Below, piece by piece: positions 18,017 to 27,171 of a stretch of DNA of 64,000 nt. Where the stretch lies: NCBI GenBank assembly GCA_031414695.1, contig JANNWG010000030.1:20130-84129 (forward strand). Direction: 5' to 3'. The notes beneath the pieces are model-generated. The model made no database searches. It was not told the DNA's origin and saw only the letters and a list, made by a program, of their open reading frames with translations. The position numbers and the translations under genes are program-made. How positions within the stretch are numbered: position 1 is the first letter of the stretch; each line of letters starts with the position of its first letter. This stretch comes from Burkholderiales bacterium (lineage in GTDB: Bacteria > Pseudomonadota > Gammaproteobacteria > Burkholderiales > Usitatibacteraceae).

Positions 18017-18909
18017 CACACCAGGGGTCAGAGTCAAATTGTTTTCAGCCGATAACAATTTGATCTGAGTCCTCCACTCTGACAACACCATGCCTCGACG
18101 TAAACGCCTAAATCTCACCGACATCCCGCTCCACATCGTGCAGCGCGGTAACAATCGTGCGCCGTGCTTCTATGCTGAACAGGACTATCAGTTCTACCTG
18201 CATTGGTTGGCGCATTACGCCAAGCAATACGGCTGCGCCATCCACGCCTACGTTTTGATGACCAACCATGTCCATCTGCTTTTGAGCCCACTCAAGCCGG
18301 AGGCACCGGCCAAGCTCATGCAATCCCTCGGGCGGCGCTACGTGCAGTATATCAACAAGTTCTACCGGCGTAGCGGCACCTTGTGGGAGGGCCGCTACAA
18401 AGCCAGTCTGGTACAGGCCGACGAATACCTGCTTACCTGCTACCGCTACATCGAAATGAATCCGGTACGCGCCAACATGGTCGCCCATCCACGAGACTAC
18501 GCATGGTCGAGCTACCGCGCTAACGCCGAGGGCAAGCTAAGTGCCATGCTGACCGCGCACCCACTGTTCAACGCCTTAGGACTGGACACGGCTACGCGGC
18601 AGGAAGCCTACCAAGCCCTGTTCCACACCGAGCTCGAACCAGACGTCATCACTGCCATTCGTAACGCCAGTGTCAAAGGGCAAGTGTTGGGCGATGACCG
18701 ATTCAAGGATGAAGTGTCACGCATGACGGGGCAGCGGGTCGTGCCGGCAGTGCGTGGACGTAAACGGCTCGACAAGACCCAAGGCATCGTTGGTGAGCAG
18801 GTCGGCTTTGGATTCTAGATTTGTAAACGTGATTGCGACAGTAAAGGAATGGATGCGATGAAAAACAATTTGACTCTGACCCCTGGTGTTCGGACCCCTG
18901 GTGTTCGGC
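18017..18909 (+). mobile_element. REPtron-like unit: RAYT gene flanked by inverted REP copies
   Basis: Left CACACCAGGGGTCAGAGTCAAATTGTT (18017-18043) is the reverse complement, 26 of 27, of right AACAATTTGACTCTGACCCCTGGTGTT (18864-18890). The left copy also pairs with 18054-18072. A tandem 15-mer CCCCTGGTGTTCGG(A/C) x2 lies at 18880-18909. Confidence 0.8.
18090..18818 (+). CDS. REP-associated tyrosine transposase (RAYT, IS200/IS605 Y1 family)
   Basis: HIVQRGNNRAPCF, YVLMTNHVHLLL (HUH motif) and YRYIEMNPVRA (catalytic Tyr region). 242 aa. Confidence 0.85.
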   Translation: MPRRKRLNLTDIPLHIVQRGNNRAPCFYAEQDYQFYLHWLAHYAKQYGCAIHAYVLMTNHVHLLLSPLKPEAPAKLMQSLGRRYVQYINKFYRRSGTLWEGRYKASLVQADEYLLTCYRYIEMNPVRANMVAHPRDYAWSSYRANAEGKLSAMLTAHPLFNALGLDTATRQEAYQALFHTELEPDVITAIRNASVKGQVLGDDRFKDEVSRMTGQRVVPAVRGRKRLDKTQGIVGEQVGFGF

Positions 18910-18955
18910 ATTATTCAGGTTTGTTCTTGCCCTCATCGCCAACTAAAATTCCGAT

Positions 18956-18983
18956 TTGACAAAAGTACCTTTTGAGGTACAAT
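18956..18983 (+). promoter_or_regulatory. near-consensus sigma70 promoter of the higBA-like operon
   Basis: TTGACA (18956-61), a 16-nt spacer, then TACAAT (18978-83). ATG 18989 lies at about the expected transcription start. Confidence 0.5.
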
Positions 18984-18988
18984 TAAAT

Positions 18989-19342
18989 ATGCAATCGACC
19001 CCCAAACTGGACGCAATTTTTTACGCAACAGCCGCTAGAAATGAGCCAGTCCGTACTTGGTTAAAAAGTTTGAGCCGCGAATCACGACGGACGATTGGCG
19101 AAGACATAGCTTATGTGCAATACAAATGGCCGATTGGCAAACCGCAGGTTGATCATTTGCGTGGTCCGATATGGGAAGTACGCTCAACGCTGAAGTCAAT
19201 TATTGTGCGCACGTTGTTTGCTGTTGACGGTAACAAAATGATTTTGCTTCACGGGTTTATTAAAAAGACTCAACAAACGCCACCCAATGAAATCTTACTC
19301 GCTGAAAAACGCTATAAGGAGTACATCAATGCCAAAACGTAA
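18989..19342 (+). CDS. RelE/ParE-superfamily toxin, Gp49/HigB-like
   Basis: LDAIFYATAARNEPVRTWLKSL...IWEVRS...RTLFAVDGNKMILLHGFIKKTQQTP is the Gp49-type toxin pattern. The toxin-first order followed by an XRE antitoxin fits this call. The listed ORF starts at TTG 18956. Confidence 0.7.
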   Translation: MQSTPKLDAIFYATAARNEPVRTWLKSLSRESRRTIGEDIAYVQYKWPIGKPQVDHLRGPIWEVRSTLKSIIVRTLFAVDGNKMILLHGFIKKTQQTPPNEILLAEKRYKEYINAKT

Positions 19343-19643
19343 TCCACATGAAGGCAGCCGCTTTGACGATTTTTTGAGAGAAGACGGTTTATATGAAGAG
19401 GTGCAGGCAAAGGCGCTCAAGCGTGCGCTTGCTGAGCAACTGCAAGACAGCATGGATTCTGCCAACTTGTCGAAAGCAAAAATGGCGCAGCTAATGGCGA
19501 CCAGCCGTTCACAGCTAGACCGCGTGCTCGACCCTGATAATGTTTCCGTGCAGCTTGATACCTTGATGAAGGCCGCTGCTGCGGTGGGCAAAACAGTCGA
19601 GATCAAAATTAGGAATATTAAAAAGGTTTCGCAGGCTGCGTGA
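19329..19643 (+). CDS. XRE-family HTH antitoxin (HigA-like)
   Basis: ATG 19329 overlaps the toxin 3' end by 14 nt. HTH segment LSKAKMAQLMATSRSQLDRVL. The listed ORF starts at 19287. Confidence 0.7.
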   Translation: MPKRNPHEGSRFDDFLREDGLYEEVQAKALKRALAEQLQDSMDSANLSKAKMAQLMATSRSQLDRVLDPDNVSVQLDTLMKAAAAVGKTVEIKIRNIKKVSQAA

Positions 19644-19703
19644 GCGCCAATTTAAGGCGTTGGCGACAAGTGAATTTTGCCAAGCGCAAATGCACCCCAG
19701 GAT

Positions 19704-19842
19704 TCAACGACGCAATATAATTGCTCGTGAGCGCGTAAGCGACAAGTTATTCACACCAGCCTCAAGCCGCTCAGCCAGCCAAATCTTAATGACAGACTGC
19801 CTCGTCACACCTTTTTAGCTTTCATAAAGTGTTACATCTTCC
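19704..19842 (-). pseudogene. decayed brnA/brnT remnant
   Basis: About 100 nt (ATTCAACGACGCAA...CAAGTTATTC.CAC.AGCCTCAAGCCGCTCAGC...CTTAATGAC) align with the 3' part of brnA at 19994-20100. TTTTAGCTTTCATAAAGTGTTACATCTTC then matches the brnA-start/brnT-end junction at 20253-20283. An internal segment of roughly 145 bp and nearly all of brnT are missing. Confidence 0.65.
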
Positions 19843-19843
19843 G

Positions 19844-19919
19844 AATCTAAGAAGTCAACGTCGATTTTATTTTGATAAACGCTAATATTAGACTGCCGTT
19901 CCAGCTATTTCTGCCCCAA
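19844..19919. repeat. ~75-bp cassette-boundary repeat, copy A
   Basis: AATCTAAGAAGTCAACGTCGATTTTATTTTGATAAACGCTAATATTAGACTGCCGTTCCAGCTATTTCTGCCCCAA. Compare copy C at 20625..20698 and the truncated copy B at 19941..19990. Confidence 0.75.
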
Positions 19920-19940
19920 TTAAAGGAGTAGGCGACGATC

Positions 19941-19990
19941 AATCTAAGGGGTCAACGTCGATTTGATTGCACTGAACGCTAATACTTTCA
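19941..19990. repeat. cassette-boundary repeat, truncated copy B
   Basis: AATCTAAGGGGTCAACGTCGATTTGATTGCACTGAACGCTAATACTTTCA matches the first half of copy A. Confidence 0.65.
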
Positions 19991-19996
19991 CAGCAT

Positions 19997-20266
19997 TCAA
20001 CGACGCAAAGCACTTGCCCGCGTCCGCACTTGCGGCAAGTTATTCGCACTAGCCTCAAGCCGCTCAGCTAACCAAACCTTAATGACCGATTGCCGCGTCA
20101 CGCCTAGCTTGCTCGCTTCGCGATCAAGCGAATCAATCATCCACGTTGGGAAATCAACATTCACGCGTTTTTGTTCCAGTAGCACGCGCTTGGCTTTGGT
20201 CAAATCTAAATGAGCGATAACATCGCCGCCTTCATCAAACTGCTGATCAAATTTTTTAGCTTTCAT
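19997..20266 (-). CDS. brnA: BrnA antitoxin (CopG/RHH family)
   Basis: 89 aa. KRVNVDFPTWMIDSLDREASKLGVTRQSVIKVWL is the typical BrnA C-terminal RHH. Overlaps the brnT stop. Confidence 0.8.
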   Translation of the reverse strand: MKAKKFDQQFDEGGDVIAHLDLTKAKRVLLEQKRVNVDFPTWMIDSLDREASKLGVTRQSVIKVWLAERLEASANNLPQVRTRASALRR

Positions 20267-20519
20267 AAAGTGCTACCTCTTCTGTGCGCGCGCGACGAAC
20301 GGATATCAATCGGATGTTTGTGCCTCGGTAGGTAATGATTGCCGACCAATGCTTCATGTCAATTTGTCCAATCACCAAGTAGTGCTGTTCATCTTCAGTT
20401 TTGACTGGAACTTCTAGCAGCATCGAATCATTCCAGAGACTTTGCGCTTCGATGAAATCGATGCCATGTTTGGTGCGATTAGATTCGCTTTCTGCCACAT
20501 CAAATTCAAAATTAATCAT
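20256..20519 (-). CDS. brnT: BrnT toxin (DUF497 ribonuclease)
   Basis: 87 aa. FEFD..KSESNRTKHGIDFIEAQSLW......E.RYLVIG......WSAIITYRG..IRLISVRRAR matches the BrnT pattern. Confidence 0.85.
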   Translation of the reverse strand: MINFEFDVAESESNRTKHGIDFIEAQSLWNDSMLLEVPVKTEDEQHYLVIGQIDMKHWSAIITYRGTNIRLISVRRARTEEVALYES

Positions 20520-20624
20520 GGTATAGAAAATATGCCTTAATTATTTTATTATCGTTCGGCTAGTGAGTTCGCACATTTGATGATCGCTATCCCAACCAAA
20601 TTGCGAGCATCAATACGACCGATA

Positions 20625-20698
20625 GGTTAGGGGCAGCGCTGATTTTATTTTCGCTAAACTCTAATAACCGCTTGCCGTTCCAGCTATTTTTGCCCCAA
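20625..20698. repeat. ~75-bp cassette-boundary repeat, copy C
   Basis: GGTTAGGGGCAGCGCTGATTTTATTTTCGCTAAACTCTAATAACCGCTTGCCGTTCCAGCTATTTTTGCCCCAA. Imperfect terminal dyad GGGGCAGCGCTG / CAGCTATTTTTGCCCC. Confidence 0.75.
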
Positions 20699-20747
20699 AA
20701 AGCGCGTCAATAAAAGGGTTTACTACTTGGGAATTTCTCAAACCCCC

Positions 20748-20837
20748 CCGTTCGCCCTGAGCATGTCGAAGGGTAGCTCTTGTAAGTGATTGATTTAATT
20801 AAACGTGCAGATGGTTCGACAAGCTCACCACGAACGG
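20748..20837. repeat. REP family D inverted pair (CCGTTCGCCCTGAGCATGTCGAAGG / GGTTCGACAAGCTCACCACGAACGG)
   Basis: Two 25-nt arms in inverted orientation separated by about 40 nt, downstream of the CorA-like gene. Confidence 0.7.
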
Positions 20838-20879
20838 TTTAAAGGTTATTAGAAGTGCCGACTTTGGTATTGATGCAGA

Positions 20880-21935
20880 CTACCGTTGCTTTTGCCGCAG
20901 TATCCACCAGCCGATTGCAGCTGTCACCGACAGTACGACAGTCACGACGATCACGAAACCGGCCTTGTTTTCGGCGAATGGCACACCGCCGACGTTCATG
21001 CCGAAGAAGCCAGCGACCATGTTCACCGGCAATGCCATCACAGTGAAGAGCGAGAGTACCCAGAGGCTGCGGTTATTCTGTTCTTGTACCAACGCAGATA
21101 TTTCTTCTTGTAGCAGTTTTATGCGTTCTTCTAAGGTGTCGATGTCGTTTAGCGAGACCGAGAACTCTTCGGTCGATTGGCGTAATTCCGCGATGTCGTC
21201 CTCGCGCATCCACTCAGGAGGACGGTTCAGCAGCCGGAACAATGCGCCCGGCTCTGGGGCGAGCAGCCGTGTCAGTCGCACGAGAACACGGCGCAACTTT
21301 CCTAGCTCCGCGCGCTTTGACTCTACAAAGCCTGCGAGCAAGCGGTCTTCAATCCTGTCAACTTTCTCTATGGCATTGCGAAGAATCCCCACTAGTACAT
21401 CAGCCTGGTCGCGAAGCAAGTGCACTAGCAGCGCGGTCGGCGTGGGGAATCGCTCGCCGTTTTTCACCGCCACGCGCAGCCGATCAATTGAGCGTAGTGG
21501 TTTCTTGCGTGCTGTGACGAGGAAACGTGGATCAACGCTGAGTACTAGCGTGGAAACATCCGATGGGTCGAACGAGAAGTCAAACAACACATCATTCAAG
21601 ACGCCGATCAGTTGGTTATCGGCGTACTCGACACGGGTAGAGCGTGAGCCCTCGTTAAGCGTTTCAAAAAAAACGGGTGACAACGCTAGACTACGGCTCA
21701 TCCAGCGCTCGCACGCGACGTTAGATAAATTGAAATGTAGCCAGATGAATTGGTCAGTGTTTGAGGCGTCCTCGGCTAACCAGGCCAAGGCTTCACTTGA
21801 TGTGAGCGGCACACCGCTCTGTCCTTGGGTGAATAAAAAACCGCAAACGAGACCTGATTCGTCTGATCCATATTTTTCGCTACCTCGCGGCGGTGTGTTC
21901 ATGTGTGGGGTCGGCGAAGTGGTGAGTGAAAACAC
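20880..21935 (-). CDS. CorA-superfamily divalent-cation transporter (ZntB-like)
   Basis: C-terminal two TM helices with the GMN motif (VAGFFGMNVGGVPF) after a long cytoplasmic domain. The start is uncertain (GTG 21935 or ATG 21902). Confidence 0.8.
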   Translation of the reverse strand: MFSLTTSPTPHMNTPPRGSEKYGSDESGLVCGFLFTQGQSGVPLTSSEALAWLAEDASNTDQFIWLHFNLSNVACERWMSRSLALSPVFFETLNEGSRSTRVEYADNQLIGVLNDVLFDFSFDPSDVSTLVLSVDPRFLVTARKKPLRSIDRLRVAVKNGERFPTPTALLVHLLRDQADVLVGILRNAIEKVDRIEDRLLAGFVESKRAELGKLRRVLVRLTRLLAPEPGALFRLLNRPPEWMREDDIAELRQSTEEFSVSLNDIDTLEERIKLLQEEISALVQEQNNRSLWVLSLFTVMALPVNMVAGFFGMNVGGVPFAENKAGFVIVVTVVLSVTAAIGWWILRQKQR

Positions 21936-22334
21936 AATTTTGCGACAGAAAGATGTCAGTTTTGCGACAGTCGTGAGACTGGGTAAAAGTCGGGTAAATC
22001 ATTCAAACCCCTGATAGCAATCTATCAAAGGGCATGCGCCAACTCAATGGCGTCTCCACCCAAATCAGCATCGGCGTCATCAACGCGTGGGGCATCTGTT
22101 TCAAGGACGTCTACAAAGTCCTGATTTTTCGCTTTGAATGCGTCTAAGCAAACAAGAAGATAAAACCATGCAGACCCATATAATAGAGTTGTAATTGATA
22201 CAAGATTGTCTGCTATGTATGCTATGCATGTACTCTGCCCGCCGGTGGGCGCTGCATGATATGAATCAATATTGTCTCTCCTCCAAATCGTTATCTACCT
22301 AAGTTTGAATCTCCTAACCCTCGTTGAGGCTCCA

Positions 22335-24395
22335 ATGCAAATGTTGCGTCGTGTATCGCTCTTTTTACTCATCACTTTTGCTGGGCTCGCCGTTGCTGAT
22401 GAAGGTATGTGGACGTTCGACAACCTGCCACGCGAACAAATGAAATCGAAGTACAGTTTTGGTGCAGAGCCTGCTTGGGTGGATCACGTCATGCGTGCCG
22501 CCGTTAATGTCGGAGGCTGTTCGGCGTCATTTGTTTCTGCGCAAGGTCTGGTGATGACCAATCACCATTGCATCACCGGTTGCCTCCAACAGCTCTCTAG
22601 TGCCAAGAAAAACTACCTGCAGGATGGTTTTCTGGCGCGCAAAGCGGAAGACGAGTTGACGTGTCCCACTACTGAGGTGAGCCGACTCGAGCAGATTACG
22701 GACGTCACCGCTGATGTGACTGCCGCCACTAAAGGGTTGAGTGGCGAGGCCTATAAAAATGCGCTGAATGGCGTCAACGCCAAAATCGCCGCCGCTTGTG
22801 TGGGCGACAAACGTGCGACCGTGCGTTGTACGGTCGTCAATTTGTATCAGGGAGGCCAGTACCACCTTTATCGCTATGATCGTTATTCTGATGTGCGGCT
22901 AGTATGGGCACCGGAAGATGCGTCGCCGGGTTTTGGTGGCGACCCGGACAACTTCAACTTTCCACGCTTCGGCTTGGATGCGGCGATGCTACGTGCATAC
23001 GAGAACGGCAAGCCCGCGGTGGTGAAACATTTTTTCCCCTTTAGCCCCAACGGCGCCAAGGCAGGGGAGTTGGTATTTACCGCCGGTAACCCGGGGCGCA
23101 CAAATCGCCTACTGACGGTCGCTCAACTGGAGACGATTCGCGATATTCGCATGGTCGCTAACTTGCGTCGTGGTTACGAATTGCGTGGTGTCCTGACGCA
23201 GTACCGCAAACTTGGTGTCGAAGAAGCGCGTGTTGCACGCAACGATCTGAGCGGGCTGGAAAACGGACTGAAAGTATCTGCCGGCCAGCTTGCGGCGCTG
23301 CAATCGCCAGAGCTAATGGCGCGTAAACGTACTGAAGAGGCGCAGCTCAAAGCGTTCGCTGCCAAGAGTCCAAATTTCAAGGATACCGCCGGTGCTTGGG
23401 ACGCCATCACAGCAGCGCAGACGGTCTATCGCGAAATTGAAAATGAGTACGAACAAATCGAAGCAGGGCGCGGATTCAACAGTCGTTACTTTGGGTTGGC
23501 TCGCAACATCTGGCGAGGCAACCAAGCGCGCACCAAGCCAGATGCCGAACGCTTACCCGAGTTTTCTTCGACACGGATGCCGCAATTGGAAAGGCAGATC
23601 ACGTCCCCCGCGCCGTTTTATCCCGAGTTTGAGAAGCTGAAGCTGGCGCACTCACTTGCAAAAATGCGCGAACTACTTGGTACCGACGACCCGTTTGTCG
23701 TCAAGATACTCGGCAAGCAATCACCAGAGCAGGCGGCGAGTCGGCTGGTGGATGGCACCAAGCTGGCCGACCCCGCGTACCGCAAAGCGCTTTGGGCGGG
23801 GGACCGTGCTGCGTTGGAAAAGGCCGATGACACCTTCATCCAACTGGTGCGCGATATAGATGGCGCAGCGCTGGCGGTACGTAAACGTTTTGACAACGAG
23901 GTGACTGCGGTTGAACAGAAGAATGCGGAGCTCATCGCAAAAGTCCGTTTCGCTATGTCGGGCTCAAAAACATATCCCGACGCAACCGGCACGCTGCGGT
24001 TAAGTTATGGTGTGGTTGAAGGCTGGACCGAGCGCGGAAAAACCATCGTGCCATTTACAGACTTTGCTGGCGCATTTAATCGGCACACAGGTGCCGCGCC
24101 CTACGCGTTGCCGGCATCGTGGTTAGCCAACAAAGAGAAAATTCAAGGTGCCACAACGCTGAACTTTGTCACAACCAACGACATCATCGGTGGCAATTCG
24201 GGCAGCCCGATGATCAATCGCAAGGCGGAAATCGTCGGGCTCGCGTTTGACGGTAACAAACACACACACAGCGGCGCTTACTGGTTTGACCAGCAATTCA
24301 ACCGCACCGTGGGTGTGACCAGCGAAGGTATTAAGGAAGCGTTAGAGAGTATCTACGGCGCGACAGAGTTGCTAGTAGAGCTTGGCGGAAAATAG
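22335..24395 (+). CDS. S46-family serine dipeptidyl-peptidase (DPP7/DPP11-like), secreted
   Basis: Signal peptide, then ADEGMWTFDNLP, GGCSASFVSAQGLVMTNHHC and a C-terminal GGNSGSPMIN catalytic Ser block. Start moved to ATG 22335 (GAGG RBS). Confidence 0.85.
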   Translation: MQMLRRVSLFLLITFAGLAVADEGMWTFDNLPREQMKSKYSFGAEPAWVDHVMRAAVNVGGCSASFVSAQGLVMTNHHCITGCLQQLSSAKKNYLQDGFLARKAEDELTCPTTEVSRLEQITDVTADVTAATKGLSGEAYKNALNGVNAKIAAACVGDKRATVRCTVVNLYQGGQYHLYRYDRYSDVRLVWAPEDASPGFGGDPDNFNFPRFGLDAAMLRAYENGKPAVVKHFFPFSPNGAKAGELVFTAGNPGRTNRLLTVAQLETIRDIRMVANLRRGYELRGVLTQYRKLGVEEARVARNDLSGLENGLKVSAGQLAALQSPELMARKRTEEAQLKAFAAKSPNFKDTAGAWDAITAAQTVYREIENEYEQIEAGRGFNSRYFGLARNIWRGNQARTKPDAERLPEFSSTRMPQLERQITSPAPFYPEFEKLKLAHSLAKMRELLGTDDPFVVKILGKQSPEQAASRLVDGTKLADPAYRKALWAGDRAALEKADDTFIQLVRDIDGAALAVRKRFDNEVTAVEQKNAELIAKVRFAMSGSKTYPDATGTLRLSYGVVEGWTERGKTIVPFTDFAGAFNRHTGAAPYALPASWLANKEKIQGATTLNFVTTNDIIGGNSGSPMINRKAEIVGLAFDGNKHTHSGAYWFDQQFNRTVGVTSEGIKEALESIYGATELLVELGGK

Positions 24396-24548
24396 TTTGA
24401 TTTGAGGTGCATGTTCAGCTTCGATTATTTTGGCCGTAAAAAACACAAATATCGAGCCTGATCATATGCGCACTAATTGGTCATATGCGTCCGAAAGTAT
24501 TCACTGTGAACGTCAAAGACGTGTACCGCTACTAGCAATCAATGAAAG

Positions 24549-24583
24549 CTATCGATACCATAGTATTAATTGATTAGCGCTAT
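24549..24583. promoter_or_regulatory. candidate OxyR operator upstream of ahpC
   Basis: CTATCGATACCATAG (CTAT-N7-ATAG) followed 16 nt later by another CTAT, about 125-160 nt upstream of ahpC. Only a partial match to the four-element OxyR motif. Confidence 0.3.
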
Positions 24584-24707
24584 CATGTCGCGGGCTGTAA
24601 AATTCAATCTTAACTTTAATTAAGTTACAACACAGCAGTTATCTGCTCCGGATAATAGGAGCGATTTTGCTTTTTTTGCCGCTACCAACCTCACGAAAGT
24701 AACCAAA

Positions 24708-25271
24708 ATGTCTCTCATCAATACCCAAGTTAAACCGTTCAAAGTACAAGCGTTTCATCAAGGCAAGTTCGTCGAAGTGACAGAGAAGAATCTTCACGGC
24801 AAGTGGTCGGTCATGATTTTTATGCCAGCCGCTTTTACATTTAACTGCCCAACCGAAGTTGAAGATGCAGCGAAACACTACGCAGATTTCGAAAAGGCAG
24901 GCGCTGAGGTTTATATCGTCACGACCGATACACATTTTGCGCACAAGGTGTGGCATGAAACTTCCCCTGCCGTCGGCCAAGCAAAATTCCCGCTCATTGG
25001 CGACCCAACCCATCAGCTGACCCGCGCATTTGATGTGCATATCGATGAAGAAGGTTTGGCCTTGCGCGGCACGTTTGTGATCAACGCAAACGGCATCATC
25101 AAGACCGCCGAAGTGCACGACAATGCCATCGCGCGTGATGTGTCCGAGACGCTCCGCAAGTTGCGCGCAGCACAGTATGTTGAAAAGAACCCTGGCCAAG
25201 TTTGCCCAGCGAAGTGGAATGAAGGTGCCAAGACACTTACGCCGTCGCTCGACCTCGTCGGCAAGATCTAA
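24708..25271 (+). CDS. ahpC: alkyl hydroperoxide reductase subunit C (2-Cys peroxiredoxin)
   Basis: 187 aa. MSLINTQVKPF, FTFNCPTE (peroxidatic Cys) and VCPAKW (resolving Cys). Confidence 0.95.
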   Translation: MSLINTQVKPFKVQAFHQGKFVEVTEKNLHGKWSVMIFMPAAFTFNCPTEVEDAAKHYADFEKAGAEVYIVTTDTHFAHKVWHETSPAVGQAKFPLIGDPTHQLTRAFDVHIDEEGLALRGTFVINANGIIKTAEVHDNAIARDVSETLRKLRAAQYVEKNPGQVCPAKWNEGAKTLTPSLDLVGKI

Positions 25272-25393
25272 TCTGAATCCAGAGTGGTAAGACCCGGCGC
25301 GTTGTTTGGGCAAATTTATACCTGAGCAGCGCGCCGCACTTAACACTTTGATATTTTCGCCAAAGCCACATACCGAACGATTTGGAGTACTAC

Positions 25394-26977
25394 ATGCTAG
25401 AGCAACAACTTAAAGACCAGCTACAAGCCTATATGGGCAAAATTCAGCGCCCAATCACGCTAACGGCTTCGCTCGATGCGAGCCCGGCGGCGCAAGAAAT
25501 GCGTGAACTTTTGCAAGAAGTTACCTCGCTTTCTGACATGGTGAGCTTTAACGAAGCGGGTACGGACGCACGTAAACCGAGCTTTGTGATTTCGCAAGCG
25601 GGCCATACGCACGGTGTGCGATTTGCCGCGATTCCGCTCGGCCATGAGTTCACCACGCTGGTGTTGGCGCTGTTGTGGACCGGTGGTCATCCGCCGAAGA
25701 TAAGCCAGGAGATCATCGACCGTATTACATCGCTTGAAACCGAATGTGATTTTGAGGCGTATATCAGCCTTTCATGCCACAACTGCCCTGATGTCGCACA
25801 AGCATTGGCATTGATGGCAGCGCTAAACCCGCGCATCAAAGCAACAATCATTGACGGCGGGCTTTATCAGGGTGAAGTAGAAAGCCGCCAGGTAATGGCC
25901 GTGCCGAAGGTGTATTTGAACGGACAGGATTTTGGCTCCGGCCGTATGTTGATTGAAGAGATCATCGCCAAGCTGGATGTGAACAGCGAAGCGCGTGATG
26001 CCGCGGCGTTGTCTGCCAAAGCACCTTACGATGTGTTGATTGTCGGCGGCGGTCCTGCCGGTGCGGCAGCAGCAGTTTATGCAGCGCGCAAGGGAATACG
26101 TGTGGGGTTAGCGGCAGAGCGCTTTGGCGGTCAAACCAACGATACCTTAGGAATCGAAAATTATCCGTCGGTGATGGAAACCAATGGACCGCAGTTTGCC
26201 GCAGCGCTCGAAGCGCAGGTTAAGCACTACGAAGTCGATGTGATGAACCTGCAACGTGCAGAAAAGCTGGTGTCGGCTACCGACGCAAGCGGACTCATGC
26301 AGATACACATGGCTAACGGGGGACTGCTAAAGGCAAAGACCGTCATCCTCTCTACTGGTGCGCGCTGGCGCAATATCAACGTGCCGGGTGAAGAGCAGTA
26401 CAAGAACAAAGGCGTTGCTTACTGCCCCCATTGCGATGGCCCGTTATTTAAAGGCAAGCATGTGGCGGTCATCGGTGGTGGTAATTCTGGTGTCGAGGCG
26501 GCAATCGATTTGGCAGGTGTGGTTGGGCATGTCACTCTGTTTGAATTTGCCGATGCATTAAAAGCAGATGCCATCCTAGTGCGCAAACTGCAGAGTCTTC
26601 CTAACGCCACCATTCACACCAACGTGCAAACGACGGAAATTACCGGAGACGGCAGTCGCGTGAACGGGCTTAGCTACAAAGAGCGCGCCACCGGCGAAAC
26701 CAAACACGTGGCTTTAGAAGGCGTGTTTGTGCAAATTGGCTTGGTGCCCAATACCGAATGGCTGAAGGGCGAGATCGAATTAAGCCGTTATGGTGAGATT
26801 GTGGTCGATGACAAGGGTGCAACCAATATGCCGGGCGTGTTTGCAGCTGGCGACTGTACCGTAACCCCGTTTAAGCAAATTGTGATTGCGTCAGGCGATG
26901 GTGCAAAAGCGGCATTGAGCGCGTTTGATCACCTTATTCGCTTACCAGTCGAAGAAACAGCGGAAGCAATGGCGTAA
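25394..26977 (+). CDS. ahpF: alkyl hydroperoxide reductase subunit F
   Basis: [11 protein letters not shown]-terminal CHNCP, FAD-binding [14 protein letters not shown], redox CPHCDG and GDC near the C-terminus. GGAG lies 6 nt before ATG 25394. Confidence 0.9.
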   Translation: MLEQQLKDQLQAYMGKIQRPITLTASLDASPAAQEMRELLQEVTSLSDMVSFNEAGTDARKPSFVISQAGHTHGVRFAAIPLGHEFTTLVLALLWTGGHPPKISQEIIDRITSLETECDFEAYISLSCHNCPDVAQALALMAALNPRIKATIIDGGLYQGEVESRQVMAVPKVYLNGQDFGSGRMLIEEIIAKLDVNSEARDAAALSAKAPYDVLIVGGGPAGAAAAVYAARKGIRVGLAAERFGGQTNDTLGIENYPSVMETNGPQFAAALEAQVKHYEVDVMNLQRAEKLVSATDASGLMQIHMANGGLLKAKTVILSTGARWRNINVPGEEQYKNKGVAYCPHCDGPLFKGKHVAVIGGGNSGVEAAIDLAGVVGHVTLFEFADALKADAILVRKLQSLPNATIHTNVQTTEITGDGSRVNGLSYKERATGETKHVALEGVFVQIGLVPNTEWLKGEIELSRYGEIVVDDKGATNMPGVFAAGDCTVTPFKQIVIASGDGAKAALSAFDHLIRLPVEETAEAMA

Positions 26978-27171
26978 TAGTAGGCGGGGCGAATTGTGGC
27001 GTCGATTATTTTTGCGCTGCAGCGTAAACAAGCGTGGCAGGCTTACTCAAATAGCCTGACGCAAACCGCTTTAACAGTTATCTAATGTTAGGTGGTCGCT
27101 GTCTGGCTAAATGATGCATAGTCCTATCGGCTTAAAATAATTTTTTAGCGCGACCTGGACGAACCTCATTC

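Noticed and set aside
19844-20698. Integron cassette array / attC sites around brnTA
   Set aside because: The repeat ends read GTTAGGG...CCCCAAAA on one strand and TTTTGGGG...CCCTAAC on the other. That is the reverse of the RYYYAAC...GTTRRRY arrangement required for attC. No intI or attI is in the window. The observation is kept only as an unexplained repeat.
20965-22014. 349-aa ORF on the plus strand
   Set aside because: It is entirely antisense to the well-supported CorA/ZntB-like gene. It has a Ser/Arg-rich low-complexity composition with no motifs. This is a typical shadow ORF.
24639-25346. 235-aa ORF on the minus strand
   Set aside because: It is antisense to ahpC, whose identity is unambiguous. 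No recognisable domain.
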